This document shows positions 49,178-58,119 of a DNA stretch of 64,000 nt, piece after piece. The stretch is from an uncultured delta proteobacterium (GTDB taxonomy: Bacteria; Desulfobacterota; Syntrophobacteria; BM002): contig CAVQGX010000018.1 of the NCBI GenBank assembly GCA_963712115.1, positions 32,001-96,000 on the forward strand, given 5' to 3'. The translations under genes were made by a program, and so were the position numbers. Position 1 is the stretch's first letter. Each line of letters begins with the position of its first letter. Below the pieces are notes generated by a model that searched no databases, had not been told where the DNA came from, and saw only the letters and a program-made list of their open reading frames with translations.

Positions 49178-50453
49178 AACGGCGCGGTTGGTTTATGCAG
49201 ATGAATCGGGTCAAATGTATGACCATCCTTATCTGGAGATGGCTGGATCCAGTGGCGGCAGGTGGAGGGAAGTTGAGGACGATATTCTCATACCCCTGCC
49301 CCCGGGTAGTGATCTCTTTCTGCTCCCAGACAGGATGCCGGTAGGTTACGACCGCAAAGAAAAACGATTCATCAAAATTGAGGAGGATCCCCACAACCCC
49401 CAAAGCAAGGTGCAGGCAGTGGCTGCCTTTATGGCGCCTGCACATACGCAAATACTCACTGCTGCTTACCACAGTGAGCAAAACGCTCCGGTTTTACCAC
49501 TATTTAGCTACACTGCCGTGGGCTGGCAGGAGGGCCAGTTCGTGGTGGCTGGCGTCCGCGTAGACCCTTTGGTGCGCCAAGATATCGACCAGTTTGATCT
49601 TGAAAGGCTCGAAAGGAGGGCCAGAAGGGCTCTTGACCTTCAACGCCAAAACCGGCTCATTCAACACCTTGGTACCTGTGCACTTACCTACGGATGCCCG
49701 GCAGCGAGGAATTACTTTTTAGGGCGTTGGGAGGCGCCACTTCCCACCTCCCCCCAGTGTAATTCTTCCTGCCTCGGTTGTATCAGTCTGCAAGAGAGCG
49801 ACTACATATGTGCCTCGCAGGAGCGTATTACCTTTGTCCCCACCCCTGAAGAGATAGCCGAGGTTGCGGTGAGTCATCTGCAGGAGGCTGAAGATCCATT
49901 GGTGAGCTTCGGCCAGGGATGCGAGGGTGAGCCTCTCCTGCAAGGTAAAACTTTGAAGGAAGCGATTAAGCTCATCCGAAGTCAGATTGGGGCCGGCACC
50001 ATTAATCTGAATACCAACGGCAGCCTGCCGCAAACCATTGCTGAACTTCGGGATAACGGTCTAGACAGTATTCGAGTAAGTTTGAACAGTGCCAGGGAAG
50101 TATATTACCAGGCCTATTACAGACCCCGGGGGTACAGTTATTCTGATGTCACAGGTGCCATCCGAGCCATGAAGAGTAGAGACGGCTTTGTATCCATCAA
50201 CCTTTTAACCCTGCCTGGCCTTACCGACGAGGAAGGGGAAGTGGAGGCTATAATTCGACTGATCGATGGAACAGGCATCGACCTGATTCAGATGCGGAAT
50301 CTCAATATTGACCCTGAATGGTATCTGCGGGGAATTGGTTATCGCTCTAGTGGCCGGAGCATTGGTATCCTTGAAATGATGAAGAGGATTCGCCTATCTC
50401 ACCCCCAAGTGAATTTCGGCTATTTCAACCCCTGTCTTAATCCAGGCAAGTAG
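49173..50453 (+). CDS. Radical SAM protein
   Basis: CNSSCLGC motif, SFGQGCEGEP, NTNGS. Confidence 0.9.
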   Translation: MTTARLVYADESGQMYDHPYLEMAGSSGGRWREVEDDILIPLPPGSDLFLLPDRMPVGYDRKEKRFIKIEEDPHNPQSKVQAVAAFMAPAHTQILTAAYHSEQNAPVLPLFSYTAVGWQEGQFVVAGVRVDPLVRQDIDQFDLERLERRARRALDLQRQNRLIQHLGTCALTYGCPAARNYFLGRWEAPLPTSPQCNSSCLGCISLQESDYICASQERITFVPTPEEIAEVAVSHLQEAEDPLVSFGQGCEGEPLLQGKTLKEAIKLIRSQIGAGTINLNTNGSLPQTIAELRDNGLDSIRVSLNSAREVYYQAYYRPRGYSYSDVTGAIRAMKSRDGFVSINLLTLPGLTDEEGEVEAIIRLIDGTGIDLIQMRNLNIDPEWYLRGIGYRSSGRSIGILEMMKRIRLSHPQVNFGYFNPCLNPGK

Positions 50454-50462
50454 AGATCCACT

Positions 50463-50683
50463 TGTGGATTGTAGATTTCAGATTGTAGATTTGGTAAGGC
50501 ATAGAGCATAGAGCACGGGGCATAGAGTAAGGAGCCAGGAGTCAGAATCCAGAATTCAGGAGAAAAGCAATCAAAATTAAGTTCCTCTCAACTACTTGCC
50601 ACTGACTACTGGCTACCTCTTTATGGTGCCTAGTGTTTAGTGCTTAGTGCCTAGTGGTTTCTATGCAATCTGCAATCTTAAAT
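50463..50683. repeat. Nested inverted heptamer arrays
   Basis: GATTGTA, GCATAGA and GAGTCAG arms followed by their complements in reverse order. Confidence 0.75.
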
Positions 50684-51450
50684 CACCTTTTGGAGTCGTT
50701 CAGATAAGACGGTAGATACTCCAGATTGACATTATGCATGGCAGATAGAATGTTTCCGCGGATTTTCCGGTTTTTTCGATAGAGGCTCTGAAGGATCTCC
50801 CTGATTTCCTGGCGTTTGCCGGTGTTCTTCGAAGGACAGGGATTCACTGTTACGGGAAAGCCCAGGCTTTGGTGAAATCGACGGATTGTTGCTGAATCCA
50901 GAAGAGATAAGGGCCGGATAACTGTTATATCACCGCCGAAAAAAGGCTGCCGAGGCAGCATGGTAGATAGCTGGGAGCCATAGAAAATATTTATAAAGAA
51001 AGTCTCAATGAGATCGTCGAGATTGTGACCGAAGGCGATTTTATTGCAGTTCAGTCTGCCGGCCTCTTTGAAAAGTGCGGTGCGGCGGAGCCGAGAACAT
51101 AGGAAACAGGGATTCTCACTGTTTTCTTCGCTGTGGGCTCTGGGGCCAAACTCACTATCAACTATCCGGTGAGAGACACTTAAAGATTCTACCCATTCCT
51201 GCACGGAAGAGTAGTCTTCACCCTCAAAACCCAATTCCACGTGGACCGCAAAGAGCTCGTAGGCAATGGGAATTCGATTCAGTCGATTGTGCAGGAGCCA
51301 CAAGAGAGATGTGCTGTCCACGCCGCCACTTAAGGCCACAAGAATGCGGTCCTCAGCCTCTATTAGGCTGTAGCGTTCAATAGCCTTGCCAACAAGCCGG
51401 CGAACCTTTTTTTCAACGAAGGGAGGTTTAGAACCTGAGTGCTGGGACAT
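50683..51450 (-). CDS. ttcA: tRNA 2-thiocytidine(32) synthetase TtcA family
   Basis: SGGVDS PP-loop, PCFLCSRLRR, GHNLDD, IRPL. Confidence 0.85.
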   Translation of the reverse strand: MSQHSGSKPPFVEKKVRRLVGKAIERYSLIEAEDRILVALSGGVDSTSLLWLLHNRLNRIPIAYELFAVHVELGFEGEDYSSVQEWVESLSVSHRIVDSEFGPRAHSEENSENPCFLCSRLRRTALFKEAGRLNCNKIAFGHNLDDLIETFFINIFYGSQLSTMLPRQPFFGGDITVIRPLSLLDSATIRRFHQSLGFPVTVNPCPSKNTGKRQEIREILQSLYRKNRKIRGNILSAMHNVNLEYLPSYLNDSKR

Positions 51451-51574
51451 GACTTACAGAACCTCTTCACTCCACTATTCTATCGCTCCATTTGCTGAGC
51501 GAAAAGGAGCTAAGTTCAGGATCGATAATTATTTCATAAGATGGATTGTCAGGCAAACATTTAAGCTTAAGCAG

Positions 51575-51608
51575 CTAGCCCGGATTATTCATGAATTATC
51601 CGGGCTAG
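51575..51608. repeat. 34-bp palindrome: collapsed element C (termini only)
   Basis: ctagcccggattattcatgaattatccgggctag matches the element C terminal repeats. Confidence 0.8.
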
Positions 51609-51623
51609 AAGGAGGGTGAGTAC

Positions 51624-52001
51624 ATGAGGGAAATAATTGCCACAGAAAAGGCACCAAAGGCTGTTGGTCCATACTCGCAGGCAGTACGGTTCGCTAATCT
51701 GGTATTTGTCTCCGGACAGATTCCTTTGGATCCTAGGAGCGGCGAAATTGTGGGAGGAGACATAGAGGTTCAGGCCAAGCAGGTTCTTGAAAATCTGAAG
51801 GCCATAGTTGAAGCCAGTGGAATGGGGTTAGAAAACGTATTGAAATGTACCTGCTTTCTGAAAAACATGGAGCATTTCGCCAGATTCAATTCAGTTTATA
51901 ATACCTACTTTGCGAATGTTCTTCCAGCGAGGGAAACTGTAGAAGTCTCTCGGCTCCCGAAGGATGTCTTGGTCGAAATCTCGGCAATTTGTGGGAAATA
52001 G
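51624..52001 (+). CDS. ridA: RidA/YjgF reactive intermediate deaminase
   Basis: APKAVGPYSQAV, SGQIP, PARETVEVSRLPK.VLVEI. Confidence 0.92.
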   Translation: MREIIATEKAPKAVGPYSQAVRFANLVFVSGQIPLDPRSGEIVGGDIEVQAKQVLENLKAIVEASGMGLENVLKCTCFLKNMEHFARFNSVYNTYFANVLPARETVEVSRLPKDVLVEISAICGK

Positions 52002-52176
52002 TTAGATCTGGCGGAAGATACGGTGGGCTGAGCGCTAAGCGTTGGGTGCAATTTTGGCGAGATGGCGAGAGTGGTAAAACAACATCTATTGTCCAGAATA
52101 TTCAGCTACTGTCTTTCGTCTCGCCCTGAACCTAAGCCCTGACACCTCACGTCTCGCCATATAGCTATTTGAAAAC

Positions 52177-52209
52177 AAAAAAACGGTGACAGCTTCATAA
52201 ACGTCACCG
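52177..52209 (-). terminator. Probable intrinsic terminator after rubredoxin
   Basis: CGGTGAC/GTCACCG stem followed by a T7 run on the minus strand. Confidence 0.5.
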
Positions 52210-52250
52210 CTTCAGAATAATACGCAGCAAGAACTGATCAAAAACGATTC

Positions 52251-52412
52251 TCAGGTCTGCTTTTCAAAATCATCTTTGCCAGCACCGCAGATGGGGCAAG
52301 TCCAGTCCTCAGGAAGATCTTCAAACGAGGTTCCAGCGGGAATACCCCCTTCGTCGTCACCTACCGCCGGATCATACACATAACCGCAAACTTGGCAGAC
52401 CCACTTGTCCAT
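52251..52412 (-). CDS. Rubredoxin (53 aa, below the ORF-track cutoff)
   Basis: [53 protein letters not shown]; GGAGG RBS. Confidence 0.96.
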   Translation of the reverse strand: MDKWVCQVCGYVYDPAVGDDEGGIPAGTSFEDLPEDWTCPICGAGKDDFEKQT

Positions 52413-52500
52413 AACCTCCTCCTTTTCCGCCTAATCTTGAGGCTCATCACCCCGGGTAATACATTGCAGAACTACTAATTAAATCACCGAGTGTTACAAT

Positions 52501-52697
52501 CTAGCCAGGATGTTTCATGAATCGCTTACTGCGACCACGGATATGGCCATCCTTCCGTGCGTCCTCGTGTGTTGGGCCCTGCGACGTACCATTTAGGTAC
52601 GCCTCGGGACCAATCCCGCGGTACCGCGGGACGGTTGCCCGGTGGCACGCCCATCTTCGTGGTCTTGTGACACCAATTCATAAAACATCCAGGCTAG
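52501..52697 (-). mobile_element. MITE-like element C, copy 2
   Basis: CTAG-bounded terminal inverted repeats; reverse complement aligns end-to-end with 23463-23659. Confidence 0.85.
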
Positions 52698-52834
52698 GAC
52701 ACTTTACAATTTTTATCTATGATTCGCAACCACCATTTCCCATTTCAAATTTATCATTTATCATTTATTCATTTGGCATGATTAGTTAAAAAGTTGTTAG
52801 GATCCGTCGTTGAATAATAAATGACAAATGCTAG

Positions 52835-53896
52835 ATGATAAATGTAAGGGTAATGGGTAGGCAAGAGTCCATAGTAATAGACGGTGGTTACGGTGAAGGT
52901 GGTGGCCAGATCCTCCGCACCTCTTTGTCTTTGGCCATAATTACAGGGAAGCCTCTCAAGCTGGTGAACATCCGGGGGGGACGCAAGAAGCCAGGTTTGC
53001 GACCTCAACATCTTACAGCGGTTCGGGCTTGCGCATCTTTATGCGGGGCTAAACTTGATGGTGCTAAGTTGGATGCAACAAAACTCACTTTTGCCCCCGG
53101 AATCATTGTCCCAGGCTCCTATGAATTTCATATAGGTACAGCCGGCGCCGCTACCTTGGTGTTGCAAACTATTTTACCACCCCTCTCCATGGCAAACGGC
53201 GAGTCTAGCCTTCTGATAAGTGGTGGGACCCATGTCCCTTGGAGCCCGCCATATCATCATGTAGCGCAGGTACTTATTCCTACCCTAAACCAGCTTGGCT
53301 TCAAGTGCGAAACTCTCCTCAATCGTTGGGGTTGGTATCCAAAGGGAGGAGGGGTAATCCAGGCCAGGGTCAAACCTCACAGCCCTCTAGGGTCGTTCAA
53401 CTTAGATCAACCATTCGAATTGAGACGCATCAGTGGTATTTCAGCCAGCAGCGGGTTACCAGAACACATAAGAGTCCGACAAAAGAATCAGGTGGAGACT
53501 CGTCTGCAGAACGCTGGTATCCAAGGTGAAATCGAATTAATGGATGTACATGCTAGGAATCCGGGGACGCTGGTATTTCTCTGTGTTCACGGAAAGGATT
53601 CTTTAGCGGGTTTTTCTTCTCTGGGAGCTCGTGGCAAACGAGCTGAACTGGTGGCGGACGAGGCCGCTGATGATTTTTTTCATTTCCTGGAGTCAAGAGC
53701 TGCACTTGACCGTCACCTAGCCGACCAGCTTCTAATCTACCTGGCTAGTGCGCCAGGAAAGCAACGATTCACTACATCCAAGGTTACCCAGCATTTGCTA
53801 ACCAACGCTTGGGTCATAGAGAAGTTTCTGCCCGTTAAGTTTGAGATAGAGGGCGGACTTGGTGAACCTGGCACAGTGATCAAGAGAGACGTTTAG
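52835..53896 (+). CDS. rtcA: RNA 3'-terminal phosphate cyclase
   Basis: IDG..GEGGGQILR, PGLRPQHL, GWYPKGGG, HLADQL, HLLTN; true start may be the downstream Met at ~52854. Confidence 0.93.
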   Translation: MINVRVMGRQESIVIDGGYGEGGGQILRTSLSLAIITGKPLKLVNIRGGRKKPGLRPQHLTAVRACASLCGAKLDGAKLDATKLTFAPGIIVPGSYEFHIGTAGAATLVLQTILPPLSMANGESSLLISGGTHVPWSPPYHHVAQVLIPTLNQLGFKCETLLNRWGWYPKGGGVIQARVKPHSPLGSFNLDQPFELRRISGISASSGLPEHIRVRQKNQVETRLQNAGIQGEIELMDVHARNPGTLVFLCVHGKDSLAGFSSLGARGKRAELVADEAADDFFHFLESRAALDRHLADQLLIYLASAPGKQRFTTSKVTQHLLTNAWVIEKFLPVKFEIEGGLGEPGTVIKRDV

Positions 53897-53900
53897 CAGA

Positions 53901-53952
53901 GGGCATAGAGCATGGAGTCTTGAATATTTATCTTACCCTATGCTCTATGCCC
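53901..53952. repeat. Inverted GCATAGA/TCTATGC heptamer hairpin after the rtcA stop
   Basis: gggcatagagcatggagt...accctatgctctatgccc. Confidence 0.75.
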
Positions 53953-54118
53953 CATGCGCCATGCTGAAAAAATGAACAATGACTGGTGGCAAATTTTGTG
54001 TTAGTCTGATGCGAATTCCCGCGACAATTGCTTACCTTCATTTCCAACACCAAACTCGGTATTCGCTTTCCTCAATAGTGGGAAGTTTACACGTGCCCCA
54101 TTTGGGCGTGGAGGTGAC

Positions 54119-55570
54119 ATGAAACAGCAACAAATGTTCGAGAAAATCCTGGTGGCCAATCGCGGTGAGATTGCCGTGCGGATTATGCGATCGGCACAAG
54201 AGCTACACATCAAGACCGTGGCTATCTACGAGGAGACAGACAAAGACGCTTTTCACATCACCCAGGGAGATGAAGCTATCTGCGTGGGACCAGGTCCTAG
54301 GAAGGACTACCTTAACATTGAAGGCATTATCGAAGCAGCCAGGAAAACCGGGGCTCAGGCCATCCATCCCGGCTATGGTTTTTTAGCAGAAAATCCAGAT
54401 TTTTCCAAAGCCTGCACTGATGCTGGTCTGGTTTTCATCGGCCCGCCTTCCGATGTTATCAGGAATCTGGGAAGCAAAGTAATCGCCCGCCAAATAGCAA
54501 TAGATGCAGGCATACCGGTTATTCCGGCAACAGAGAATCTTTCGCTGGGAGGACAGGGTGAAGAGGAGGCTCTGGCCTTCGCCGCTGAGCAGGGCTACCC
54601 CATAATGATAAAAGCAGTATCAGGGGGTGGGGGCCGTGGCATTCGCAGGGTGGAAGATAAAAAAGGACTGCTGGAAGGGTTAAAACGGTCCCGCTCAGAG
54701 GCCATGATGTCTTTTGGAAACGATGAAATTTATCTTGAGAAATGCCTCCAACGCCCCCAACACATAGAGGTGCAGATTTTGGCGGACCACCATGGCAATG
54801 TGGTTCATATGGGGACCCGCAACTGCTCAATTCAACGTCGCCACCAGAAACTTATTGAGATGGCCCCGGCAGGCCTGAAAAAACAATTAGCCGATGAGAT
54901 CTGCACCGCAGCGGTTAAGATCACTAAAGCTGCGAGCTATCTCAATGCTGGTACAGTCGAATTCCTGGTGGGAGCAGATGGAGAATTCTATTTTCTCGAG
55001 GTGAACACGCGCATTCAGGTTGAGCACACAGTAACCGAAATGGTGACAGGAATTGACTTGGTAAGGGAGCAATTGCTTATCGCCATGGGTGAGCCTATTA
55101 GCTTTTCTCAAGATCAAGTGGTGGAGCGAGGTTATGCAATTGAGCTGAGAATCAATGCAGAGGATCCCAAAAATAATTTTCTCGCAAGCCCTGGATTAGT
55201 GCAGGTCTACCAACCTCCTGGGGGACATGGGGTGCGTTTAGATGGAGCCATATATCAGGGGTATGAGATTCCACGCTATTATGACTCCATGTTGGTAAAA
55301 TTAACCGTCTACGGTTACACCTGGCGAGAAGCGGTGGACCGGTTGGCCCGTGCCCTAAAAGGATTCGTTATACTTGGTGTCAAGACCACTATTCCCTATT
55401 TTCAGAAGATTCTGCAGGAGCCGGATTTCATCCAAATGAAGTTCGATACATCTTACATTGATACCCATCCTCATCTCGTGCAGTATTTGGAAGAGGAAAG
55501 GGAAATGGAGAAAATAGCTCGTCTTATTGCCGAGATCAGCGCCTATGGATTCAACCCACATGCACAGTGA
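54119..55570 (+). CDS. pycA: Biotin carboxylase (pyruvate carboxylase subunit A / AccC-like)
   Basis: ANRGEIA, HPGYGFLAEN, GGGGRG, CSIQRRHQK, EVNTRIQVEH, RINAED, YYDSM. Confidence 0.9.
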   Translation: MKQQQMFEKILVANRGEIAVRIMRSAQELHIKTVAIYEETDKDAFHITQGDEAICVGPGPRKDYLNIEGIIEAARKTGAQAIHPGYGFLAENPDFSKACTDAGLVFIGPPSDVIRNLGSKVIARQIAIDAGIPVIPATENLSLGGQGEEEALAFAAEQGYPIMIKAVSGGGGRGIRRVEDKKGLLEGLKRSRSEAMMSFGNDEIYLEKCLQRPQHIEVQILADHHGNVVHMGTRNCSIQRRHQKLIEMAPAGLKKQLADEICTAAVKITKAASYLNAGTVEFLVGADGEFYFLEVNTRIQVEHTVTEMVTGIDLVREQLLIAMGEPISFSQDQVVERGYAIELRINAEDPKNNFLASPGLVQVYQPPGGHGVRLDGAIYQGYEIPRYYDSMLVKLTVYGYTWREAVDRLARALKGFVILGVKTTIPYFQKILQEPDFIQMKFDTSYIDTHPHLVQYLEEEREMEKIARLIAEISAYGFNPHAQ

Positions 55571-55612
55571 TCAAGCATAGGGCATGGAGCAGAGAGCAGG
55601 GACAACCAGGCG

Positions 55613-55745
55613 CGGAAGCACGAAATTCGAAATCCTAAGCACTAAACAAATACGAATGTCCAAATCTCAAAATTCCAAAGGATCAGCGATAGAGAAATAG
55701 GTTTTGGAAATTTGAATTTTGAATTTCGGATTTGTTTCGGATTTT
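55613..55745. repeat. Inverted array element F copy
   Basis: Homologous to 12542-12704. Confidence 0.75.
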
Positions 55746-55771
55746 ACAAGGTTTTCAAATAACAAGTAATT

Positions 55772-57448
55772 GTGGAGACTCAGGAAATGGAAGGGCGAAT
55801 AACCACAGCAATGAGCACCGTGGAAATCCTGGAAGTCTTGCGGAATGCAAAGGGCTATTATCTTTGTAACAACGAAAGAGATGTTTCACAATCTGACTTT
55901 AAGAATCGCTTGATGCCCATGACCACAGTGCGGGTGGCTCCCTACAGGGAGGCAGCAGGGTTTTTTTCCGTGGAGGTAAGTGGGGGTGCTTCAGTACACG
56001 TTGACCTGATGCGGAAACAGGTTAATCCTTTTGAAAGGCTTAGAATTGCCCGAAAGGCCATGCCAAGGACACTACTTCAGGCTGTATGCCGGGGAGCGAG
56101 TTTGTTTGGCTATCGCCATTATCCTGACAATGTCATTAGACTCACGGTGAGAGAGTTTGCTAAATACATTGATGTCTGGCGGGTCTATGATTTTCTCAAT
56201 CATGTCCCCAACATGATGCCAGTTTTCGAGGAAGTCCAACGGACAGGGCGAATACTCATGCCCAGCATCTGTTTCAGTACCGGCAAAGAGCACACTGATG
56301 ATTATTACGTGCAAAAAGTAAAGGAAATCTTGGATGTAACCGGGCCCGATGTGATCATTTCCATAAAGAATCACTCCGGCTTGGGGACACCAAGGCGGAT
56401 TGGTAGGTTGGTAGAGGCAATCCATAAATCCTCTCCTGACGTCATATTGCACTACCACGGATGTAATACTGACGGTAATGATATTGGCCGGATGATCGCT
56501 GCGATTACAGCAGGAGTAAAGATCTGTGATGTGGCAGACCACGGTTTGGGTGCTGTTTACGGCCAGGCCCCTGCACTTACGCTGATCCAGACCCTGGAAG
56601 ACTATGGAAAAGAAGCTGTTGGCATGGATGTCCAGGCTCTGGTGAAATCATCAGATGTCTTACGAAAAGAGCGCAGGATCTATGAGCCCTTTGAGAATGT
56701 CTTCCGCGGGCATGACCCAACTGTGGCTTCCTACAAGCTTACCGGTGGTGCCGCGGGTAGCACCTTCGAGCAGGCAGACAAAGGCGGCTTTCTTGATCGG
56801 ATGCCAGAGATCCTCGAGGAAATGGCTCGAGTGCAGGTAGAACTGGGGAACTGGTGGTCAGTGACACCAGGGTCGCAGATACTCTGGACCACGGCAGTTA
56901 ACAATGTGCTCTACGGTCGCTACGAGAAACCATCTTTGGATCTGAAGAACCTAATCCTCGGCAGGTACGGACCGCTGCCTTTCTACGATCCTCAAGAATG
57001 GATATACTCAAAGGTACTGGAATATCAACGATCCGACGGGAAAAAATGGCACCAGGTTCTTGCCGAAGAAGGAGGAGTGGTGAAACCCCGGGATGTAGAT
57101 TTGGAAAGGGAGCGCGAGAGTTTGGAGACAAAATTAGGACGGCCGGTCTCCAATGAAGATCTGGCTCTTTACTTACTTTATCCCTTCGATGGCAATTCCT
57201 TTCTGAAGTTCGAGGCCCAGTACGGCAAAACTTGGCTTCTGCCGCCGGAGGTGTGGTTCAAACATGGTGGTTTTAAAGATGGCGAGCGCATTACATTTCA
57301 GGATGAAAATGGCAAGCCGCATTATATAGAAATAATCTCAACCCGCCGCGAAGGAGCCACTGTGATTATTTCGCTGCTGGTGGACCACGCCTTTCATACC
57401 CAGAGCGTTACTCTTGAAGGAGGAGGTGCCCGTCCCTCTCCGGCTTGA
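55772..57448 (+). CDS. Pyruvate carboxyltransferase subunit (PycB/OadA-like) lacking the biotinyl domain
   Basis: RDVSQS, E..GGA, P.ERLR, RG....GY..YPD, VTPGSQI; no MKM biotin site. Confidence 0.8.
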   Translation: METQEMEGRITTAMSTVEILEVLRNAKGYYLCNNERDVSQSDFKNRLMPMTTVRVAPYREAAGFFSVEVSGGASVHVDLMRKQVNPFERLRIARKAMPRTLLQAVCRGASLFGYRHYPDNVIRLTVREFAKYIDVWRVYDFLNHVPNMMPVFEEVQRTGRILMPSICFSTGKEHTDDYYVQKVKEILDVTGPDVIISIKNHSGLGTPRRIGRLVEAIHKSSPDVILHYHGCNTDGNDIGRMIAAITAGVKICDVADHGLGAVYGQAPALTLIQTLEDYGKEAVGMDVQALVKSSDVLRKERRIYEPFENVFRGHDPTVASYKLTGGAAGSTFEQADKGGFLDRMPEILEEMARVQVELGNWWSVTPGSQILWTTAVNNVLYGRYEKPSLDLKNLILGRYGPLPFYDPQEWIYSKVLEYQRSDGKKWHQVLAEEGGVVKPRDVDLERERESLETKLGRPVSNEDLALYLLYPFDGNSFLKFEAQYGKTWLLPPEVWFKHGGFKDGERITFQDENGKPHYIEIISTRREGATVIISLLVDHAFHTQSVTLEGGGARPSPA

Positions 57449-57477
57449 CAGCTAGCAGCAGGCAGGGGGCAGGTAAT

Positions 57478-57533
57478 GAGTCACTTGCCTTCGGCGTCAT
57501 TAGGTCACTACGCTGCGCTGTCATTTATTGTAA
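57478..57533 (+). repeat. REP-like module A copy
   Basis: 56-bp match to 11083/19021/62192. Confidence 0.92.
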
Positions 57534-57582
57534 AAGGTAGAGGCCAGGGGTCGGAAGTCAAAGGTCGGAAGTCAGATTTTTC

Positions 57583-57608
57583 TGTGGGAGCGGCTTTCCA
57601 GCCGCGAT
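57583..57608 (+). repeat. GTRG-type REP palindrome
   Basis: tgtgggagcggct-ttcc-agccgcgat resembles the classical GTGGGAGC..GCGAT REP layout. Confidence 0.55.
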
Positions 57609-57659
57609 CTGAATTGCGAAATGAGAAATGATTAAATGTGAAATGACGGGGGAGCAGGG

Positions 57660-58028
57660 ATGAAGCGACGAACGGTTTTGTTAAACATTATTTTTACTTG
57701 TGGATTGGCTGTTCTTTTACTGCCTGATGCATGGGCGCAAGACTACGGTCAAATCCGAGCCTTGAAAAACAGGGCAGAGACCGTAAATCAACAAAAGAAT
57801 CATTTTGTCGCTCAGGTATTGCACTCATATAACATACCCTGTCAGGTTACCGCGGAGGGCATTGTTGCTCGGCTGCATATTCAAAATCGCTGGTATGATG
57901 TCAACCAAATTGAGATTGTTCCGGTAACTAGAGAGGTGGAAGGGGGTTACCAGGTCATAGCTCATGAAATATTCTTCTACACAGAAGGTGATATCCTCCA
58001 CTTAGTTTCAGCAGCTACAATCCGTTAA
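57660..58028 (+). CDS. Secreted hypothetical protein
   Basis: Sec signal peptide ending AWA. Confidence 0.7.
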   Translation: MKRRTVLLNIIFTCGLAVLLLPDAWAQDYGQIRALKNRAETVNQQKNHFVAQVLHSYNIPCQVTAEGIVARLHIQNRWYDVNQIEIVPVTREVEGGYQVIAHEIFFYTEGDILHLVSAATIR

Positions 58029-58119
58029 GGACCAGTTTAATTGGCGAATTAGTTCATTAGTCAAATAGTTTGCCATTTGCGATTTAACCATTTAACAAAT
58101 CGATAAATTGACCAACTGC

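Noticed and set aside
52517-52789. 90-aa ORF
   Set aside because: Lies within MITE-like element C; not treated as a gene
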